A DNA stretch of 64,000 bases from Paraspadella gotoi (GCA_051294375.1 CM119270.1:322713-386712); one strand, 5' to 3'. Shown: positions 10,256-23,400, counted from the first letter of the stretch. Numbers and translations: made by a program. Notes: generated by a model not told the origin, from the letters alone.

Positions 10256-10843
10256 ACATTGGTAATAAGGGCAAAAGAAAATCGGCTATACTTATTTATG
10301 ATAGGTGAGGTTGAGGAATTAAGAATTAGATTAGGAATTTGATTAGGAATTAGATTAAAAAATAGATTAGGAATTAGATTAGGAATTAGATTAGGAATTA
10401 GATCAGGAATTAGAAAAGGAATTAGCTTAGAAATTAGATTAGGAAATTGATTAGGAATTAGTTTAGAATTAGATTAGAAATTAGATTAAGAATTAGATTA
10501 GGAATTAGATTAGAAATTAGAATAGGAATTAGATTAAGATAGGATTATAATTTAGATTAGGAATTAGATTAGGAATTATATTAGGAATTATATTAGGAAT
10601 TAAATTAGAAATTAGATTAGGAATTAGATTAGAAATTAGATTAGGAATTAGATTAAGAATTATGGTTTACGCATAATTTTACTCATTAGGGTTAGGGATT
10701 AGGTTAGCGTTAGTGGTGAGGGATTAGGTTAGCGTTCGTGGTTAGAAATTGGGTTATTATTCTAGAATTAAAAATTGACTTAACCTCTCAAACTTGTTAA
10801 ATTTTGCTTTATTAATTTTTGTTTTTTGTCCTATTACCACTGT
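10256..10843. mobile_element. MITE-like element with ~20-bp TIRs enclosing a 12-bp (AATTAGATTAGG)n minisatellite
   Basis: Left end acattggtaataagggcaaaa matches the reverse complement of the right end (acagtggtaataggacaaaa). Internal array at ~10315-10662, followed by TTAGG-rich variants. Confidence 0.65.
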
Positions 10844-11519
10844 TCAGTTTGCTGTTAAGAATGTTTCAATATGTTTAAATGCTACATTTAATTAGGTTTT
10901 ACTCAACACTTAAAAGCCTCCGTCATTTTCTCTCTCTTTCTGTCTCTCCCTTCAATTCAATCCACATAAATCTTTCAAAAACGAATTAATTTTTGCCCAA
11001 ATTTTGACGCAAACGTCAAAAGTTGAGAACGATTTTCCCAAGTCACGTATTTTCGAAAAAAAGTTGAAAATCAACACTTTTATTCTTTGTAAAAGAAAAA
11101 TCTGGTTTTTAAATCATAAAAACTTGAAATTTGATTTTCAAAACTGAGAAAGAAGTAAACTCATTAGGAATGTCTTCTTTTTTATTAAACTAATTTATTA
11201 AACTAATTTATTAAACTAATTTTTTATTAACCTCATTAGGAATGTCTTCTTTTTTATTCAATCAAAATGCTAAAGGAATAGTATTTCAGAGCTTTTAAAC
11301 TTTTATTGTTTTTAATTAATTTCAATCTATCAATCAATCAATAAATGAAAGGGAAAATTTGTCTCTCTTCCTAGCCTCTCTGCTGTGCATTTTCGCCTTT
11401 CATGAAAATTAACAATCAAAATAGTTTAAACGTTTTTAAATTAACAATTTAAAAGTAAGTAAAATTGAAATTATTAGGTTGACAGGTCACTCAACCTTTA
11501 AAAGTAGCTTGATATTAGC

Positions 11520-11612
11520 ACAACCAATATAAAGAATATCCATTAGTTTATTAAATAGTCTATTTTCCCTTAACTTATGACCGGCTATGGCGGTTCAAGG
11601 CCTCCATCACAA
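11520..11612 (+). repeat. Copy of a short dispersed repeat family (also ~8672-9020, ~53285-53345, ~55860-55915)
   Basis: Shared caaccaatataaa..tatccatt..ttta.taaat...ccc. The 11520 and 8672 copies also share downstream ctccatcac. Confidence 0.6.
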
Positions 11613-11783
11613 GAAAGCTGGACCTTACTAGCTTTCTATCAAAACTCTCACCTAGTCTAGTTTATAATCACTTCCAAAGTAGCTGCCTTCCCTAATAATG
11701 AACAGGTGTAATGTTTCCAAGAATATTTCAATCGTACAAAAGGACCGCTCCCTAAAGTATGTATGTATGTATGTATGTATGTA

Positions 11784-12378
11784 TTAGGCCGGAAGAGGTT
11801 GAAAACTAGAAGTTCTCTCAAATAAATAATGGATAAGTGACTGTTAGAGATAATGAAAATGAAAATAAATTTTAAAATTTATCTTATTAATTAGCGCACG
11901 GAAGCATTTAAAGATTATTTTATTACCATATAAAGCTTAAAATATTTTTTTAATTTTTTTTAATAGATTCCGATAGAGCTTTAAAAGTTAGATCAGGTTA
12001 TAAATACAACTTTTTTAAAAAAATTTGTTTTATTGATGAAAATTTTAAAAACTATGAAATTCAGCCAATGATGATGATGATGATTTTTTAAGGTTTTTTC
12101 TATTTTTAACCAATTCATTGTCAAAATTTTAAAAAAATGTAGTACTAACCTTCATTTAACTTTTCAAGCACTATAGGAATCCGTTTTTAAAAAAAAATTT
12201 TAAAAAAAGTTTTTTTTATTTGTTATATATTAATAAATATTTAAAAGCTTCAGTGCAACAACCCAATGAACTAATTCAAAAAGTTGCATTGAAAATCGAT
12301 TTAGTAATAGACGGAAAAAAGGAATTTTTTTGAGAGAACTAAAAGTTATAAAAAGTGTTCAATTTTGGCCCGCCTTAG
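11784..12378. mobile_element. Foldback/MITE element with ~280-bp inverted arms inserted in a (TATG)n tract, TA flanks
   Basis: gcacggaagcatttaaa mirrors tttaaaagcttcagtgc. gattccgatagagctttaaaagttagatcaggtta mirrors taaccttcatttaacttttcaagcactataggaatc. agttctctcaaa mirrors tttgagagaact. (TATG)n lies on both sides. Confidence 0.7.
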
Positions 12379-13849
12379 TAAGTATGTATGAATGTATGTA
12401 TGTATGAATGTAACGCAAGTGTATACTTAGAAAAAATCTAGACCCTTCCTTTCCATGATACTGTGATACTGTGATACTGTTAAATATTCTCAGCGACCGC
12501 AACAACCTTCAACTTTTCTCCCAAGAGTCGATTTTCTGTCCCGATTCAATCTTTTTTCTCATTTGCATATTTCGCGAATTCCTGCGACCTGGCGATAGAG
12601 GGCGCAAGAGCTAAAAACATGGTCGTAGTCGTCTTAAGTGGAAAAAACAGCGCGCGGACAAAACACGGCCTTAACTGAAGAAACAACGTTCAGGCAAAAC
12701 ACGACTGTCCTTCGTGTAACTGTTGTCGTCGTTGTTCAACAATTTACATTTATGCAATCCACATTTTTAATAATATATTATTTAATAATTTTTAATGTTC
12801 TAATTTTCTAAATCCGAATGTTTATTTTTTTAATGAAAGAAATAATGTTTAAATATAAACATTAAAACAAATAGAGTTAAATAATTATTTATCTGGGTTT
12901 AAAAAAAAAAAAGAATGAATTTAAATCTGATGAATTTTTTTTCTTCTCGATAAAGAAAAAAACACTTTTTTTGCATCGCCTCATTTTTATGTCTATCGAT
13001 AAAAAGTGGATAAATCACTTTAAATGGNNNNNNNNNNNNNNNNNNNNNNNNNNNNNNNNNNNNNNNNNNNNNNNNNNNNNNNNNNNNNNNNNNNNNNNNN
13101 NNNNNNNNNNNNNNNNNNNNNNNNNNNNNNNNNNNNNNNNNNNNNNNNNNNNNNNNNNNNNNNNNNNNNNNNNNNNNNNNNNNNNNNNNNNNNNNNNNNN
13201 NNNNNNNNNNNNNNNNNNNNNNNNNNNNNNNNNNNNNNNNNNNNNNNNNNNNNNNNNNNNNNNNNNNNNNNNNNNNNNNNNNNNNNNNNNNNNNNNNNNN
13301 NNNNNNNNNNNNNNNNNNNNNNNNNNNNNNNNNNNNNNNNNNNNNNNNNNNNNNNNNNNNNNNNNNNNNNNNNNNNNNNNNNNNNNNNNNNNNNNNNNNN
13401 NNNNNNNNNNNNNNNNNNNNNNNNNNNNNNNNNNNNNNNNNNNNNNNNNNNNNNNNNNNNNNNNNNNNNNNNNNNNNNNNNNNNNNNNNNNNNNNNNNNN
13501 NNNNNNNNNNNNNNNNNNNNNNNNNNNNNNNNNNNNNNNNNNNNNNNNNNNNNNNNNNNNNNNNNNNNNNNNNNNNNNNNNNNNNNNNNNNNNNNNNNNN
13601 NNNNNNNNNNNNNNNNNNNNNNNNNNNNNNNNNNNNNNNNNNNNNNNNNNNNNNNNNNNNNNNNNNNNNNNNNNNNNNNNNNNNNNNNNNNNNNNNNNNN
13701 NNNNNNNNNNNNNNNNNNNNNNNNNNNNNNNNNNNNNNNNNNNNNNNNNNNNNNNNNNNNNNNNNNNNNNNNNNNNNNNNNNNNNNNNNNNNNNNNNNNN
13801 NNNNNNNNNNNNNNNNNNNNNNGGTAATCAGGAATTGGCGTTCAAAGCT

Positions 13850-13995
13850 ACTTGGGGTCGGACAGACGGACGGACAGACAGACGGACGGCCGGAAATCGT
13901 TTATTTTGCATATTTCTCTCATAGTTTGATATTCTGAGATGATACTAGTCACTTACCGACAACATTTTTGGGTAGTGAGAGGTGAGAGAAACGAA
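13850..13995 (+). mobile_element. Fragment resembling a DINE-1/Helitron-derived non-autonomous element
   Basis: (GGAC/AGAC)n block followed by short unique sequence, an architecture typical of DINE-1-like elements. Comparable (GTCY)-containing starts occur at ~9245-9360 and ~52825-52910. Family not confirmed. Confidence 0.3.
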
Positions 13996-14796
13996 CCTCA
14001 CTCGACAATCGCTTTCTCATTTTGAGAAAAAATGTTGTTTTCCTCCGTCATCATTCTTCGAGAATTTCTTTGGCACCAAAACTCCTTTTATTTTTCCTCC
14101 CTTTTCTTTTTCCTCCCTTTTCTTTTTCCTCCCTTTTCTTTTTCTTCCTTTTCTTTTTTTTTTCTTCCATTTATTTTTCTTTTCTCTTCTTTTTTCTCCC
14201 TTTTTTTTCTTTTTCTTTTCTTGGTTTTTACTTTTATCTTGATAAAACTTAAATTTGAAATTATGATTTTTGAACAAAGATTAAATTAATTTAAACGAGA
14301 AAAAAAACTTTTTTCACAAAAAAAAAAANNNNNNNNNNNNNNNNNNNNNNNNNNNNNNNNNNNNNNNNNNNNNNNNNNNNNNNNNNNNNNNNNNNNNNNN
14401 NNNNNNNNNNNNNNNNNNNNNNNNNNNNNNNNNNNNNNNNNNNNNNNNNNNNNNNNNNNNNNNNNNNNNNNNNNNNNNNNNNNNNNNNNNNNNNNNNNNN
14501 NNNNNNNNNNNNNNNNNNNNNNNNNNNNNNNNNNNNNNNNNNNNNNNNNNNNNNNNNNNNNNNNNNNNNNNNNNNNNNNNNNNNNNNNNNNNNNNNNNNN
14601 NNNNNNNNNNNNNNNNNNNNNNNNNNNNNNNNNNNNNNNNNNNNNNNNNTCTCTCTCTCTCTCTCTCTCTCTCTCGTTGTTTTTCTCCATCTTTCACTTC
14701 TCTTTTCGCATTAACCTCTCTTTTTTTCTCCTCGTAGATTTTATTACCTTCCACTTTTTTTGGTTTCGGCTCTAAATGGAAAAGCGACGCGCACTC

Positions 14797-15110
14797 ATGT
14801 GCAATGCTAAGTCACCAAAGCGACACAATGTGCAATGCTAAGTCACCAAAGCGACACAATGTGCAATGCTAAGTCACCAAGGCGACACAATGTGCAATGA
14901 TAAGTCAACAAGGCGACATAATGTGCAATGCAAAGTCACCAAGGCGACACAATGTGCAATGATAAGTCACCAAGGCGACATAATGTGCAATGCAAAGTCA
15001 CCAAGGCGATACAATGTTTAATGACATGGTGAAGAATTCCACATTAAGACATCGCGGTATCATACATTAGAAAACATCTAATACCAAGTCAACACGGCGC
15101 CCCACCGTGC
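14797..15110. repeat. 31-bp minisatellite, ~7 good copies then decaying
   Basis: Unit ATGTGCAATGCTAAGTCACCAAGGCGACACA, period 31 (14821 to 14852). Confidence 0.92.
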
Positions 15111-16968
15111 TACGCCAATTTCTTTTGGAGACTCCATCTGCATTCTGCAATGCAAACTCATTGTGGGCGTATCGCCAATGATTGCAAAATCATCAGTGCT
15201 CAGTGCGTTGCAATGCCAAGTTTGTTTATGAGCTAAATTCCGTGGCCTTTTAATAAATTATCTTTAATGTAATTTCATTTCATTATCTAGTGAGAATCTT
15301 TAGATCGCTTTTGTCGGCCTTTCAAGTCATTTCATGTCGTTACATGTCAGTTTATGTCATTTTAAGTCTTAATAACAGTTGTTAAAAGTAATTTTCTTTT
15401 TATCATAATAGCAAAATTTGTTATTTGAATTTTTTAGCGTCATAATATTTTAATTTGTACTTAATTTTATTCACTTTTCTTTTCTTTTCTTTGCTTTTAT
15501 TTTCTGTTCTTCTTTTATTTTTTCTTTTCTTTTATTTTTTTTGACTGTCGAAGTTCGAGTTTTCTTTTGTTAAACAAAATTGTAAACATTTAAATGGAGT
15601 TGAAAGCCAACAGAGCTTCTTCTCATCGTCTGCACTACTCTCTCTCCACTCTCTCTTCTCTCCTCATCCTTGCTTTTCTCTCTCTAACCGCCGCGAGTTT
15701 TGTTTACATCTTCTGCTAATGTGTTTTTTTTTTTTTCATTTTTTTTTGTTTCTCTCTCTTCTTTTTATAATTATTTTCTTTTTATATTTTTTTCTGCTGT
15801 TTCTCTATCGGGGCGCCAGAGTTAGTCATGTATGTACTCATTTCAGGTCACTTTTAAACAAGAGGGGCGAGAGAGAGGAGAGGGGGGACGAGAGCGAGAG
15901 GAGGGAAAGGGAGGAGGGAAGTAGAGAGAGAGGAGAGAGGAATAAGAGGAAGGAGAAAGAGAGAGAGAGGAGAAGCGAACGGTTCCGCCCTTTGCTTTCA
16001 ACAAATGAGGATCCGTTTAGTTTGGCTTCCAGTTCGTCGTTAGACGATTAGTTTCGAGTTAATAGTAATACTTGGTTATAATTTGTATCATTATAGTGAA
16101 CAGTCAATGACAAGACAGTCTCTATTAAAAGGAGAGAGGAGAAGAGAAGAGAGATGAGGAGAGAGAGAGAGGGCAGAGAGAGAGAGAGGAGAAGAGAGAG
16201 ATTATTAGATCGGAGAGAACGGAGAGGCAAGAGAGAGACAGAAGAGAGAGAGTGACAAAAGGGACACTCCTTTTCCGAGTCTTACAAAAAGGAATGACAT
16301 AGCCTATGAAACAGATCCTCAATTTTCTAACGAGTCCATTTTCCTTTCTTTTTCTTCTTGTTCTCTCTCTCTCTCTCATCGCTCCTCTCCTCTCTCTCTC
16401 TCTCTCTCCTCTCTCCTCTCTCTCCTCTTTTCTCTCTCTCTCTCAACCCGCCCACAGTTTAGTGCGAGCTTGGGTATCAGCCTCCCCGGATTTAAGCGCC
16501 TGTGTATAAAACTTTAAGTTTAACCGAGAGCATTGAAAATCATAGTCAACTTGATTGAGAGAGAGAGAGAGAGAAAGAGAGTAAGAATGAGAGAGAGAGG
16601 AGAGAGAGAAAGAGAGGGGGGGGAGAGAAACAGACTGAGGGAACGAGCGAGAGACATACTTTTTTCCTTTTATTTTTTAAAAAACAAAACAATTATAACT
16701 ACAACAACAACAAAAACAACAACGTTTATGTCGATAATGAAAATGAAAAAATGATAAAAAAAAGTGCAAATAATTAACGATAAAAAATGACAAAGTAACG
16801 ATAAATAAAAGATGAAAAAATGTCAACAGAATTACAAAATAATAAAACTGACAAAAATAACAACGAAAAGACGGTAAAAGGATGACAAAATGTCGAAACG
16901 CTGTCAAAAAAAAACAAGGATGACAAAACAACGAATAAGGTTTCCGAAGATAATGAGGTCGTGAGAAA

Positions 16969-17091
<123 letters not shown>

Positions 17092-18002
17092 TTCTGCCTT
17101 TTCTTTCGCCTAAACTCTGCTCGCATTTAAAGCCGATAATTTTTTCGCTAATTCGGTCATTTTTATTCCGCTTCTAACGAGGAAACGATTTTAAAACGGG
17201 AAAAGGGAAAGTGAGTGAAAGGGGAGAGAGGGTGAGAAAAGAGGAGAGGGTAAATAAAGGAGAAGGGAGAGAGGGAGAGGAGGAAGAGAAAGCAGAGGAA
17301 AGAGAGGAGAGAGAGAAAGATGGAGAGAGAGTAAAGGGAGAAACTTTATTATATAATTTTCTCTCATCCTAAGATTTAAACGTCAAATTGATTCCCAATG
17401 GAACCTGTTAATTTGATAATTTTCGATTGGGAGGAGAAAAACTTTTTTCATGTAAATTTAACGCTCTCTCTCTCTCTCTCTCTCTCTCTCTGGGTCTGGC
17501 TCCCTCTCTATCTCTCTAATCTTCCTTAACGGAGAAACTTCGTTCCATTGTTGGAAAGCGGCTGGAGTTAAATGGAGCAGGGAAAGCGGAGTCGTTGGCA
17601 GAAGCCGGTTTGTGGATCAAATGAAATGGGTTGTTGGAGTCGTTTTTTAAAAAACTGAAGTCAATACATGTAAATCACATTCAAGGCCTTAAACTGATCT
17701 GTTTATGTGGAAATAATACAATTTTGCTACTTGCAAAAATATTTTATGAATCAAAATGATAGTATTTTTGTTTCGATATATTATATATGATTAAAATGAT
17801 TTGATCAATAAAAAGAAATAGAATAGGAAAAAAAGGAAGGTAAATTTGTGTTTTTATGATTTTAGGTAAAAAGGAGACGACGAGAAAACGAGATTTAGAA
17901 TAATTGTAACATGAGAGAGAGAATCGAAAAGACAAGCAAAAAAACAAGCAAAGAAAAAGAAGATATGAAACGAGAGAGAGAGAGAGAGAGAGACGGACGG
18001 TT

Positions 18003-18388
18003 ATGACTCAAGTGAAGTGAGTCCGTTTAGCGGCTCTTCCCCCTTGGGCCCATCGCACCGTCTCTCTCTCTGCTCTCTCATCGTCTTCTCTCTCAGGGTT
18101 TCGTGTGGCGGTTCATGGTTAATTCCAGAAGCCTCCGAGATGCAGCGAGCTCTCCGGGAGCAGGCCGCGCGGGTCGGCGCAGAAGCGGCTGGTCTCCTGC
18201 GGTTCGACTTCACTTCGCTTCGCTCTTCTTACTGCTCTTCCTCTTCCTTCTCCTCTATCTTCCTCGCGGATCGGGCGCGGCTTCAAAGTCGATCCGACTC
18301 GGAGCTGCAGCGGCATAACTCGTGCTTTTCTCTCTCTCCTTATGCTCGTCACCGGCGCGAGGCTCTCTCTCTGCCTCCGACCGTCTGA
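18003..18388 (+). CDS. Candidate two-exon small gene of unknown function (18003-18016 plus 18097-18388, ~102 aa)
   Basis: ATG at 18003, donor AA|GTGAGT at 18017, pyrimidine-rich acceptor TCTCTCAG| at 18096, phases compatible. Reads MTQVKVSCGGSWLIPEASEMQRALREQAARVGAEAAGLLRFDFTSLRSSY...PPTV*. GC-rich island with G/C-ending codons, and similar to the ORF at 20381-20087. Confidence 0.45.
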
Positions 18389-20086
18389 TACTAGGGGTTG
18401 CAGCGGATCCCGTGGAGTCTCTTTAATGAGGATCAAGGCTTTTTGAAAAATATTACATTATTAGTAAGGGTCATTTCGAACGATGTCAAAAAGAAAAAAG
18501 AAAAAACAAAAAACAAAGAGAAGACAGAAAAACGGAGAAGGAGAAGCGAAAGAAAAAGAAAAAGAAGGAAAAAAAATATTAAAATTTAGACAGACAAATT
18601 TTTTAATATTAAGATTTGAGCTTAAAATAAATAATAATATTAAACAAGAGATATACATCTAACAATAGATGATTAAATATGCTGAAACAATTGAAAATAT
18701 GATAAGAGATAAAATGTCGTTAATTGAGATGATATATAGTATTGCAATGTTTGTTAACGTGAGGACGTATGAAGAGTAAAGAGTAGAACAAATTTAGGAA
18801 TCAAGTAGAATCAAAATTGAGCTTGCAGCAATGAATATTTAAGAATAATGGTTTGTTTTTTTCATTTTTAATTTTTGCATAGCCATATTTAATACCATAG
18901 TAAGACTGTGTCAAAGTTTAAAAAATAATTTTTTCTTATTTTATGAAAGCAGATTAATTTAATCCACGACCTTTATTTAAAATTTAATCTCGACTATGAA
19001 CTAAATCATCACACTTTCTTAAAAAAGTCTGCACCAATTCATTTCTTAGTCTGCCTCTTCGTCCTAGAAAGCTATCCTAGCTGCACTACACAGACACTAG
19101 CTCACTAGACGACAAGTCAGAGATTTTTTTTACCATATAATTCTGTTGAGACGGCCAAATGTAGAATATGGCAATCTTGCTCCATTTTCAAGCTCTTCAA
19201 CAAATAGCTGAACATAAATATACTGAAAATATTAACCACAAACCTTCCCGGGAAATCACCACATATTTTGGACAGATTCTCGACATAATAAATTCTTTGT
19301 TCCAATCTGACTCCGGGTTGAAAACTCTTAGAATCCGATCGTTAGCTCCCTCTTTCACTTTTACTTTAAATAAAAATTTCAGCAAAATGGACTAATTCAC
19401 TGTTAACATGATCGTCATCAATAGATTAAAATAACCAACTGAAATGTAATGAAAAATTTGAGAGCCTTCGAGACATATTGCTATCGATTCCCTGGAATTC
19501 GAAGTTTTTGTAATGACAACATACCTTAAGAGTGCGTTGCCATGCGTGTATTGAAGTTGGAATTCCCCTTATTTTTATATAATAAAAATTGGCGTCAAAA
19601 TATTTCCCGAGCGACGCAGTCCATTTGAATCGGACATGTTTCGATGTCAAAATGATGGTTTATTTGTCAAGAGAAAAAGAAATCGAGCCGCTTTCAGCAT
19701 TAACAGGATCGGAATGAGTGTTTTGTAACATATGTTTTTTACCTGATTTTTCCAAGGGGCGTTGACATATTTGTAGTGTCAGATTTTATGACGAGAATTC
19801 TCTATTGAAAAAGTTTCCTCGATTTCTAGAACGACGTAGACTCTATGCCTAATGTTTTGAGAGGTCGCCTTATAGCCAGGAGTGGAGCAAGTTGAAATCA
19901 AAAAGCCATGCAAAACATTGTCTGATATCCTAAGTACTACTGTACTACTACTGACTACTACTACTCCTACTACTACTACTACTACTACTACACTATACTT
20001 GCTCTAACTACTAGATTTAATTAATTAATTGAATATCTGACTTATCAAGTTTTCACGCGTGTCAATTCTAAGATGTACTTTAGTAA

Positions 20087-20381
20087 TTATCTTCTCGGTT
20101 TGAATTTGAGGCATTCAAACTTGATTGAAATGATAAGAAAGAGAGATGAGACCGACCAAGAGCAAGAGAGAGACAGAGAAGCAGGAGCGAGAAGAAGGAG
20201 ATGAGGAGATATGCGGCCCCGATCCGCCGGACTTAACCGGAAGAAGCCCGACGTCACTATCGAGGAGAGAGAAATCTCCCGATACCCGAGCGGAAGAAGC
20301 CGGAAGGAAGAGAAGGTGAAGTGGTCGGCCAGCCGCGCGGCCGCACTGCTCCGGTGGACGGCTGAGGCGTTGGGAAAGAGC
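20087..20381 (-). CDS. Candidate coding exon/ORF, apparent paralogue of the 18097-18388 exon
   Basis: GC-rich island reading LFPNASAVHRSSAAARLADHFTFSSFRLLPLGYREISLSSIVTSGFFRLSPADRGRI..., which aligns in order with LIPEASEMQR..AARV..FDFTSLR..SFSSIF..LADRARL. Possible acceptor ATCTCCAG|G, but no upstream exon found. Confidence 0.4.
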
Positions 20382-20399
20382 CTGGAGATATTGACTCCT

Positions 20400-20420
20400 C
20401 TCTCTCGTCTCTTTCCTTCT

Positions 20421-20462
<42 letters not shown>

Positions 20463-23400
20463 ACTCTCTCCTTTTAACTCTTCTACTCTCGTCCGCTGCG
20501 TTTTGGGTCTCTGCCAGAAAACCGGAAACAAAAAAAATTTCGCTTGCGGAATTAGTCGGATGGAGGAAGTCCGCCATCTTTTTTTCCCTGTTGCCGATTT
20601 TGGCAAAGTTAGCGAACAATAGAAAATAAAGCAAAAGAGGAGCGAGAGAGAGAGAGATAGAGAAGACCGAGCGGACGACTGATGAGAGAGATGAGGGCTG
20701 AGATGGTAGAGATGAGAGAAGTAGGAGTAACCGGAATCGATAATCTGATGGGACGCGACATCCGGATCAAACCATATGGTTGAAGTGGCCTTCGCGAGTA
20801 GATCTCCGGCGGCGAACAGAAATTGAAACAAGAAAAAATTATAAAGATTCTCTTTTATTATTTCAATTTCCCATTTTTTCAACGTCAAATTACGAGCGCG
20901 TATTTCCATTCCGGAGACCGATCGTCTCTTCTCTCTCTCTCTCCTCTCTTCTCGTCTGCTCTCTCTCTGTTCTCTCTCTCTCTCTCACTCGGTGTGCGTT
21001 GGTCGTCACGTGATTGGTTCTCAGCGTCGCAATAAATCGATGGTGAAGGTTAAAAAACGTGAAACTTTCGAAAGAGAAAATTGAAAAGACATTTTTTCTG
21101 CTCTTTTTCCTAATTTTTTTGTTTTCTTCTCTTCGCGGATTTCTTCATCAATTTTACTTGTTTGTCTCTCCTCAGGCCTCAGTGAGCGCGCCTCGACTTC
21201 GGCGATCTGCGTTACTTGAGCTTCCTCCTGAATGCACTTCTCGAATCAATCTTCCATCGCTCTCCTCCGTCATCCTCGCCGGTCTTATTCTTTTTTTCTG
21301 TCTGTCTCCGACGGAGCTATGTTGCTGTCGAGAGGCGTCAGTATTTCCTCTCCTCTTTCCTCCTCGTGCTGGTCGTACGTCCGTTCGTCTCGGTCCTGGG
21401 CCATACCCCTCCTTTTTGCTTCTTCCTCCTCGTGTAGCCTGAGTCCCCTCTGCTCGCTTCGCTCCTCCTCCATCTCCTTCACTATCCCGTCTTGTGTCCT
21501 CTCGCTTTGTCCTCATTCCACCGTCAACGCTTTTCATATTTATAAGAATGAGAACTCTTGGAAGTCAAGGAAGAACGAGGAAAAGAAAATACAGACATAC
21601 ACTCCCATATCTTCCAACGTCAGAAGCACGCACGATTAATTTTTTATCCTTTTCCTCTCCACTCTATCTCTCTGATTATCCAAAGTGTATTGTTTTGAGT
21701 TATTGACCCTAAATTTGATATTTAACTACTAAATCGCTCAATTATTGCATTAGATAAATCTAGTAAGATGAATACACAATCAGCTATGTAACATACACAC
21801 TCAACCACACCGTCAGAAAAAGACGAGCAAGCGCACGCAGAGAGCACGACGAGCAGGACGACGAGAGAGAGAGAGAGATACGGGGGAGAGAGAAGAAAAG
21901 GAAAAAAATAAAAGAGAGAACAGAGAAGAACATAAAAAACAAATAGTAGGTATTCGAGAGAATAAAAAGATCGTCTCATCCGTTCAGGAAAAGTATACTG
22001 TCTTTCTGCTATAACGCTCCGCGCACACCCGAATCGTACGAAGACAGGATCGGATACGACAGAGTCAAGGCCGCGCGTGTGACCCAAAAAAAAATGAACC
22101 AAAGAATCGAATATACAGCGGCGCGCTCTCTCTGTGCCCGTTCGCAGTTCTTTGTCCGCGACGCACAAATATAGATATGAACACACTAGAAAACACATAT
22201 CGAGTATTTTGCAATATAGCAGAAGACATAGCAAAATACAGATGAGTATACACAGATTAAGATATATAGAATATATAATAGTAGATACATACGCTATAGA
22301 ATATTGGTAAAAGAATTATAGATATAATATAAAGAATATATATATATATAAAATTATAATAGTATATTATAAATGATAATAAATAGAGATATAGATAATA
22401 AAAAAATACATAGAGGCGACAAATAACTTTAATCGCGACATGGCATGTCCATCGCAGTACCTATCTTTTTAAAATACACCATGACACTTCTTTGCCTAAT
22501 ATCATATCACCTACTAATAACACAGACTAAAAATCAGTTAACATATCACTAAACCATAGAAATACACTAGATCATCATCTATATATAATCACATATATAC
22601 GCATAGATTATCAGTCAGATAGATATAGGCTAATAAGATAGTACCTCTCTCTCTCCCTCTCTCCTCCGTCTCCCTCTCTCTCCCTCATCGTCAAGACGCA
22701 TTTTAATCTCTCTCTCTCATCTCTCACATCAAAATCATACACAATATCACAGATTCTCTCAATACATCTACATCATACAAAAGAACATTAGCACCCATTC
22801 ACCTCTCTACTCTCTCCCACAGATACATCATACTACAGCAGACTCAGCCCACCTGCTCAATTGTTCTTCTTAATCTCGAGTCCTTCACGCCGCCGCTCCC
22901 CTACTCCGGCCGCCCACGCGCACCTTCGTTTCGTCCCAGTCGAATTTTTATTTATCTTCGACGACCCGCCGCCCCACACACCCAATCAATTCGACAACAC
23001 ACACAGCACACAGCTATCGAGCATAGTACTTGACGTTCTTTGTCTTTCAATATCCACCGCATGTGGCCTCTCTTAGTTCCCTTAAATAATCCAACCCAAA
23101 TCCCACTGTTACCCCTTTTCGCCTGTTCAAAGTCCCCTCCCCTTACGGTTACCTTTGTCGGGCTTCGACCTCCCGGCGCTATAACCTCCGCTTCGTGCCT
23201 TTTCCGGGGTTGTTTAGCGCACATTGCCCCCTTCCCCCGTGCCCAGCCGCTCCCGTTGATTGGGAGTTTTGGGCCATGGCCTCCCTCCGCGCGCGCGCCC
23301 GAGAGAGAGTAAAGAGAGAGAGGAGAGAGAGAGAGAAAAGAAGAGAGAGAAGAGAGGAGAGAGGAGCAGAGGAGAGAGAGAGGAAGGGAGATGAAGAGGA

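Noticed and set aside
10315-10745. True telomere
   Set aside because: The unit is a 12-bp variant, internal to the scaffold and bounded by TIR-like ends.
18103-18318. Alternative frame with signal-peptide-like LFLLLFLFLLL...KSIRLG (glutamate-receptor-like start)
   Set aside because: The hydrophobic run derives from a CT-rich tract, no donor follows and a stop comes soon after; the other frame has paralogue support.
19100-19930. Possible degraded LINE or transposase coding sequence inside the 2.3-kb block
   Set aside because: Only faint motif hints across frameshifts; not supportable without BLASTx.
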